Part shown: piece after piece, positions 58,302 through 64,000 of the stretch
Numbering within the stretch: the stretch's first letter is position 1
Layout of the letters: each line of letters opens with the position of its first letter
Origin: a virus
Length of the DNA: 64,000 nucleotides
Virus record (IMG/VR): IMGVR_UViG_3300032307_000731
Location: 1-64,000 of that record
Reading direction: 5' to 3' (one strand)
The notes under the pieces: generated by a model
What the model was told of the DNA's origin: nothing
The model's input: only the letters and a program-made list of their open reading frames with translations
The model's database searches: none
Position numbers and translations under genes: made by a program

Positions 58302-60101
58302 ATGAGATTATTAAAATTCCTTAATCAAAATATATTGAATGAGGTTTCTGAAAAAGTTAAGAACCAATTATATTCAAAATTTAAAGATGATACTTCTGAT
58401 AGCCGTGAAGTTATAGTATCATATATTGATTTATTTGACCGATACAAAGATAGTTTGTCTTCTGATAAGAGAGATATTACAAAATATTCATATAATGAGT
58501 TAAAATCATTAGTGGATTCAAAACAAAATGCCAAACTAATTTCTGACATTTTTAAACAATTTAAGAAAAAAGAAAAAGGAATTGAAAATAATGTATTAAA
58601 AAAATACATTAAAAAGTTTTTGGAAATCCAATCAGAACTTCCAAAAGAGTTTCAAGATATAACCAAACTAAAATTTTTACAAGTAGTTAAACTAATTGAC
58701 AAAGCGTATTCTCAAATATTAACTAATAAGATGATTGAAAAATTTTCTGAAGAGAATCCAAATTTAACAAAAGACCAAATTGTTTTTTATCTTGACACAT
58801 ATAATGAGAATTTTGATTTAATTCCATTTGAAACAAAAGGTATTGATAAAATGTCTTTTGATGAGTTGGAACATTTGTTGGATGGGTTAGAAGGAAAAAA
58901 AGACGCTACCGACAAAAGCAAAGAAGAGGTCGGTGACATTGATTTGAAATATGACCAAAACAATTTGAAAATATTTGCACCAAAAACAAAAGACCAATGT
59001 ATTCGTTTAAAAAATGGTAGAGGTTGGTGTACTAGTCGTGAAGGTAGTGGTAATATGTATTACAATTATAGATTAGGTAGTGAAAGAACTCTTTATTATG
59101 TAATTGATGAAGACAAAAGTTTTGATGATTTAAACTTTGCAACCGTAATTCTTGTTGACCCTAATGGAAGAAAATCAATGGCAGATAAATCTAACTCGGG
59201 AAAATATGGAGGTAGTACTAATTTACCTTGGGATGAGATTGTTTCAAAAGTGCCAAAACTTAAAGGGTTAGAAAATATTTTTGTACCGGAACCTTTAACT
59301 CAACAGGAAAGAGAATTGATTAATACAGTTAAAAATGTAAGGGTTGGTGATAATCCAATGGAGTCTTTTGAAAACCCACAACAAGTAGAAATGTGGTTAG
59401 AGTATAATAGCCCAAATTTAAACGATATTCAATATTCTAATTTAACTCCGGACTTAAAGAAAAAATACATTGCGTTAGGAATGAACTTAACTTCTCCAAT
59501 GATTAAATCTTCCGAACCTGAAGTGTTAAAATATTATATTAGTAAAAAAATTGATGTAATTAAAAATAAGGACATTAGTAGTTTAACGAATGAAGAAATT
59601 TCATTATTAGAAACTCCTATGTTGAAAAAACTTAAAGAAGAGTTAAAACCAAAATTTGCAAATTCATTAACTTCTAATGGTGATAGATTAATAATTGATG
59701 ATTTTGAGAGAGGTTCTGCAGCTAAATTTATTAGATTGTATGGGTTAGAGGATTTATTTTCAAATATACCTAAAACTATTACAGAATTCCAAATTCAAAA
59801 TAAAACACAGAACGTGGTTAATATCACAATCCCTCAAGACATTGGAAGGTTTAAAGATTTGGATATGATTATGTTAGATAATTGTATAAGTTCTATACCT
59901 GATAGTGTTTGTACTTTACCAAAATTAAGATTTTTATCTTTAATTAACAATGAAAGATTAACATCCATTCCTGAATGTATTGCCAATTTACCAACGATAA
60001 TATTTCTTAATCTTAAAAATAGTAAAAATGTAGTTATACCTGAAAACATTAAACAAAGAGGTAACGACATGGGTGGCGGAATGTGGGATTTAGGAGAATA
60101 A
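58302..60101 (+). CDS. Large protein with WCTS-motif domain and C-terminal leucine-rich repeats
   Basis: ILNE leader; IPQDIGRFKDL, IPDSVCTLPKLRFLSL and IPECIANLPTIIFLNL repeats; TATTTATA at 58280-58287. Confidence 0.7.
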   Translation: MRLLKFLNQNILNEVSEKVKNQLYSKFKDDTSDSREVIVSYIDLFDRYKDSLSSDKRDITKYSYNELKSLVDSKQNAKLISDIFKQFKKKEKGIENNVLKKYIKKFLEIQSELPKEFQDITKLKFLQVVKLIDKAYSQILTNKMIEKFSEENPNLTKDQIVFYLDTYNENFDLIPFETKGIDKMSFDELEHLLDGLEGKKDATDKSKEEVGDIDLKYDQNNLKIFAPKTKDQCIRLKNGRGWCTSREGSGNMYYNYRLGSERTLYYVIDEDKSFDDLNFATVILVDPNGRKSMADKSNSGKYGGSTNLPWDEIVSKVPKLKGLENIFVPEPLTQQERELINTVKNVRVGDNPMESFENPQQVEMWLEYNSPNLNDIQYSNLTPDLKKKYIALGMNLTSPMIKSSEPEVLKYYISKKIDVIKNKDISSLTNEEISLLETPMLKKLKEELKPKFANSLTSNGDRLIIDDFERGSAAKFIRLYGLEDLFSNIPKTITEFQIQNKTQNVVNITIPQDIGRFKDLDMIMLDNCISSIPDSVCTLPKLRFLSLINNERLTSIPECIANLPTIIFLNLKNSKNVVIPENIKQRGNDMGGGMWDLGE

Positions 60102-60119
60102 TTAAAAAAAAAATAAAAA

Positions 60120-61157
60120 ATGCCATTACCAAAGAAAGTAATACCAACATTACCATTAGTACCACAGAAGACATTGTCTGCTCGTAGGGAACAATTGTTG
60201 GAGTATATCAACAAAGACGGAACTTATTTACCTAAGTCGGTATTACATGCCGATTTGGATAGAGGAATGTTGGATTTTGTTAAAAACGATTTAGAGGTTA
60301 TTACCGCAGGAAAAGTGGTTCCAATGGTGGATATTATAATTACAACACAAAACTGGACTCAATATGTTGAGACTGCCTTATTTGTTGATTTAGATTATAA
60401 CCCATCCCCGCCTTTTATCACGGTAGTTAGAAGTCCTGAAGTTAAGTTTGGTACCAATCCATCATTACAATATACAATCCCTGATAGAAAACAATTCTAC
60501 TACGCGTCTGTTCCAACTTGGAATGGAAACGAACAGGGGATGGATATTTACACAATACCTCAACCGGTTCCCGTAGATATCAATTATAGTGTGAAGATTA
60601 TTTGTAATCGTATGAGAGAACTTAATCAGTTGAATAAAGTGATTATGCAAAAGTTTTCATCAAGACAAGCTTACACATTTATTAAAGGTCAGTATGTTCC
60701 AATCGTAATGAGTAATGTTTCTGATGAATCACAAATGAGTTTGGATTCAAGAAAGTATTATGTTCAAAGTTATGACTTCACCATGTTAGGTTATTTAATA
60801 GATGAAGAAGAGTTTGAAGTTAAACCGGCAATTGCAAGGGTTACTCAACTTATGGAATTAACAGGAACAGGTAATACCAAAAGAGAAAAATACCCAAAGA
60901 ACCCGAATGAATTTTTAGAAAATTATTTATTTGTTGTGGGTAATGATAGTTTAAGTGATGTGGTTGCTTATACCGCAAATCTTTCATTTTCAAATTGGGT
61001 TAATGTAGATTCGTATGATGTCTATATTAATGGTGATTATTTTGGTACCGACGTTCAAAATATTCAAATAACAACAAATGATATTTTACGAATTGATGTT
61101 GTTAAAACTGATGATACTTTAGAGTCAACAATTCAGTTCGAAAACTTACTTGTTTAA
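60120..61157 (+). CDS. Tail completion/terminator protein, gp15-like
   Basis: PQPVPVDINYSVKI...LNQLNKVIMQKF; located upstream of the sheath. Confidence 0.6.
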   Translation: MPLPKKVIPTLPLVPQKTLSARREQLLEYINKDGTYLPKSVLHADLDRGMLDFVKNDLEVITAGKVVPMVDIIITTQNWTQYVETALFVDLDYNPSPPFITVVRSPEVKFGTNPSLQYTIPDRKQFYYASVPTWNGNEQGMDIYTIPQPVPVDINYSVKIICNRMRELNQLNKVIMQKFSSRQAYTFIKGQYVPIVMSNVSDESQMSLDSRKYYVQSYDFTMLGYLIDEEEFEVKPAIARVTQLMELTGTGNTKREKYPKNPNEFLENYLFVVGNDSLSDVVAYTANLSFSNWVNVDSYDVYINGDYFGTDVQNIQITTNDILRIDVVKTDDTLESTIQFENLLV

Positions 61158-61315
61158 TTTTCCCCATATATATCTTTCTTTTCTTTACAGGTATCTACAA
61201 TTAATTTTTCTAAAAATTTGTACATCTTTAAACCTCGTTTTTCACAATACTTTTTTAGTATCTCGTGGATGGCGGGGTCTATTTTAATATTCTTGATTTC
61301 TTTCGTCTGTTTCAT
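61154..61315 (-). CDS. 53-aa ribbon-helix-helix DNA-binding protein
   Basis: MKQTKEIKNIKIDPAIHEILKKYCEKRGLKMYKFLEKLIVDTCKEKKDIYGEN*; below the ORF-track size cutoff. Confidence 0.7.
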   Translation of the reverse strand: MKQTKEIKNIKIDPAIHEILKKYCEKRGLKMYKFLEKLIVDTCKEKKDIYGEN

Positions 61316-61435
61316 AGGTAGAAAAAAGGTAGAATTTATTCATACTCTTTATTAATAGATATTCAAAAGTAAAGTTTTTTCACATTCTATCTAATATTTA
61401 TCAATAAAATAAATCTGCAATAGAATAATTTAATA

Positions 61436-64000
61436 ATGGCAACAGCACAAGCAAATCAAAAAGTTTTCGTTTCACCAGGAGTTTATACTTCAGAAACTGA
61501 CTTATCATTCGTAGCACAAAGTGTGGGTGTTACAACCCTAGGTTTAGTTGGTGAAACTTTAAGAGGTCCAGCGTTCGAACCGGTATTCATTACAAACTAC
61601 GACGAATTCCAAGCCTTTTTCGGAGGAACAGAACCGACAAAATTCGTAAACACACAAATCCCTAAATATGAGGCTGCTTATATCGCAAAATCTTACTTAC
61701 AACAATCAAATCAATTGTTTGTTACAAGAATCTTAGGTTTATCGGGATATGATGCGGGTCCATCTTGGAGTATTAGAGTTACTGCAAATGTTGACCCAAC
61801 AACAATAATCCAAAGTCCAACAGGTGTTACATCTTGGAATAGAAGTTTTACAGGAGCCACTAGTGGTGGTACCGTTGATTTCGTTTCAGGTTCGTTCCCA
61901 TTAGCGATTCAAGCAAATTTAGATACTCAATATAGATTATCTGATGGTAGTACATCTACACTTGATGATGATTTTACCGCAAACATTTACAATGCGGTTG
62001 GGAATAATACTTTAACTGCGACAACAGCTTTCATTTATGGAGCAATTCCTGAGACAGATTATTATGATATCACTGATAACTACACAACAGTTATAAATGA
62101 ATATGGTTCTGATACTAATAACTTAGCAACTAATGATTTATCTGCATCTGAAAATGACCCATGGTTTTATGCAAACTTTAACAATTATGTTGGTAACTCT
62201 TATTCAGGTTATTCATTTGATTATAACATAAGTGCTTTAGAAGTAACAGGAGTAGGAAATTCACAAACTTTTTCGGGTACAATTTCAGGTAATTATTATA
62301 CATTTATTGGTACTGCTTACACTGAATTTAATAATATGGTTGTTGCAACACTTCGTTCAAGAGGTATTTCATTATATACTAATAGTTCATCAAGTGATAA
62401 TCACGGACAAATCTATGAAGTAAATAATGAAAACAATGTTACAATTTTAAATACTGACCAATATGCTGATATTGATAAAAATCCATTTGCGTCGTTTGGT
62501 TTATCAGGTGTTACTAAAGATGGTGATACTTTCACATTTGAAACTAACTTATCAGCAACTTCATCTAAGTTTATTACAAAAGTATTAGGTGTTGATAATT
62601 TTGGAAAATCAAGAAATGAAGTTCCTTTATTTGTTGAAGAAATTTATCCAAACTCATTAGCTTACGCTTACAATCAAGGATATATTAAAGGTATTAATCC
62701 TGAATTAATTGCATTACCTGAGGCTAGAAGTCAACAATCAAATTCAATTGCTTATAGTGTTGAAAGATATCAATCACCTAGTACACCTTATTTAGTATCA
62801 GAATTAAGAGGTAATAAAGTTTATAAATTATTCAAATTTGTTTCAATCTCTGATGGTGACGCAGCGAACACTGAGGTTAAAGTGTCGATAGCTAACTTAT
62901 CATTCAATAACATGACATTTGATGTATTAGTAAGAAATTTCTTTGATACGGATTCAAACCCAGTTGTTATTGAGAAATTTACTAATTGTAACTTGGACCC
63001 TAACTCTAACAACTTTGTCGCTAAGAAAATCGGTTCAACAAATGGGGAGTACGCATTATTATCGAAATATGTGATGATTGAAATGGCGGACGAAGCACCA
63101 ATTGACGCGATACCTTGTGGTTTTGAAGGATATATTCAAAGAGAATATGATTCGGTTACTAACCCGTCTCCATACCCTGTATTTAAAACGAAATATTTCT
63201 TCCCGGGTGAGACAATTGCTAATCCACCATTTGGAAACGCTAGTGGAAGTTCAAATTTAGTTGAATCTCCTGGTGATATTGTTAGAAGAACTTATTTAGG
63301 TTTCTCAACACAATATGGTATTGACGAATCATTCTTATCATATAAAGGAAGACAAAATCCTGCATCTTGGGTTAACTCTATAACACCTGTTGAAGGTGCT
63401 GCTTGGAACTATGTAAGTAAAGGTTTCCATATGGACTCCGGAGCAACAGTTGTAACAATTTCAAATAGTTATGACACGAGTGGTCAAACTGCTTTTGAAT
63501 GTGGTGTTGCTGACTTTAGAACAGACCCTGAAACTCAAGAGAATCCATATTACTTTATTTTCTCAAGAAAGTATACTTTATGTTTTGCTGGAGGGTTTGA
63601 TGGATGGGACATTTATAGAGAATATCGTACAAATGAAGATAGATTCCAATTAGGTCAATCAGGATTTTTAGCAGGAGCATCGGTATCAACAAGATATCCA
63701 AATGCAACGGGTGAAGGTTTATTCAAACGTATTGTAGTTGAAAATAATACTCAAGATTTTGCAAACACTGACTATTACGCTTACTTACTTGGTATATTAA
63801 CATTTGCAAATCCTGAGGCGACTAATATTAATGTATTAGCAACAGCAAGTATTGATTATGTTAATAACTCAAACTTAGTTGAGGAAACAATTGATATGGT
63901 TCAATTCCAAAGAGCGGATTCTGTTTATATTACTACAACTCCTGATTATAGAATGTATACACCGGATTCAACAAATCCACAAGACGTTATCTATTCTCAA
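61436..64000 (+). CDS. Contractile tail sheath protein (3'-truncated)
   Basis: MATAQANQKVFVSPGVYTSETDLS...GLVGETLRGPAFEPVFITNYDEFQAFFGG; same frame open at the window end (spot-checked); TATTTAT at 61395-61401; absent from the ORF track. Confidence 0.92.
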   Translation, partial: MATAQANQKVFVSPGVYTSETDLSFVAQSVGVTTLGLVGETLRGPAFEPVFITNYDEFQAFFGGTEPTKFVNTQIPKYEAAYIAKSYLQQSNQLFVTRILGLSGYDAGPSWSIRVTANVDPTTIIQSPTGVTSWNRSFTGATSGGTVDFVSGSFPLAIQANLDTQYRLSDGSTSTLDDDFTANIYNAVGNNTLTATTAFIYGAIPETDYYDITDNYTTVINEYGSDTNNLATNDLSASENDPWFYANFNNYVGNSYSGYSFDYNISALEVTGVGNSQTFSGTISGNYYTFIGTAYTEFNNMVVATLRSRGISLYTNSSSSDNHGQIYEVNNENNVTILNTDQYADIDKNPFASFGLSGVTKDGDTFTFETNLSATSSKFITKVLGVDNFGKSRNEVPLFVEEIYPNSLAYAYNQGYIKGINPELIALPEARSQQSNSIAYSVERYQSPSTPYLVSELRGNKVYKLFKFVSISDGDAANTEVKVSIANLSFNNMTFDVLVRNFFDTDSNPVVIEKFTNCNLDPNSNNFVAKKIGSTNGEYALLSKYVMIEMADEAPIDAIPCGFEGYIQREYDSVTNPSPYPVFKTKYFFPGETIANPPFGNASGSSNLVESPGDIVRRTYLGFSTQYGIDESFLSYKGRQNPASWVNSITPVEGAAWNYVSKGFHMDSGATVVTISNSYDTSGQTAFECGVADFRTDPETQENPYYFIFSRKYTLCFAGGFDGWDIYREYRTNEDRFQLGQSGFLAGASVSTRYPNATGEGLFKRIVVENNTQDFANTDYYAYLLGILTFANPEATNINVLATASIDYVNNSNLVEETIDMVQFQRADSVYITTTPDYRMYTPDSTNPQDVIYSQ

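Noticed and set aside
62821-63653. Three short ORFs listed at the window end
   Set aside because: They lie inside the tail sheath gene, which the track missed because it has no stop in the window.
1-64000. Stop-codon reassignment, introns or inteins, tRNAs, integrase or IS elements
   Set aside because: Genes tile fully under the standard code with TAA, TAG and TGA stops; polymerase and helicase look uninterrupted; no such elements were recognised by eye.

Overview
This window is an AT-rich, gene-dense segment of a large T4-like myophage, probably a jumbo phage, read with the standard genetic code. It runs from the 3' end of the major capsid gene (1-112) to a tail sheath gene cut by the window edge (61436-64000). 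In between are neck, head-closure, tail-completion and baseplate-like genes, a family B DNA polymerase, an SNF2 helicase, a gp55-like late sigma factor, PhoH, dUTPase and a 3'-5' exonuclease. The host is inferred to be Bacteroidota from three perfect TTTG-N19-TAnnTTTG promoters, Gln at +1 after every signal peptide, no obvious Shine-Dalgarno sites and a Bacteroidota-style TonB-dependent receptor. Four things stand out. (1) A putative phage 'mucin/glycocalyx' system: Thr/Pro-repeat, Cys-module proteins sit directly beside a GT60-like polypeptide GlcNAc-transferase and five more GT-like genes, a second locus supplies GDP-fucose and about ten more GT-like genes, and a [ST]-G-x-T motif is strongly enriched in structural proteins. 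(2) Two tandem cassettes each pair a late OmpA-like protein carrying a shared leader with a convergent, host-promoter-driven exported small protein, resembling effector/immunity or exclusion pairs. (3) About a dozen cargo proteins carry (I/L/V)-x-E leaders, including an SOD fused to a nuclease-like domain, a WYL protein and an LRR protein. (4) The candidate late promoter TATTTAT(A) is the reverse complement of the T4 consensus. All product calls come from motif recognition by eye; no searches were run.
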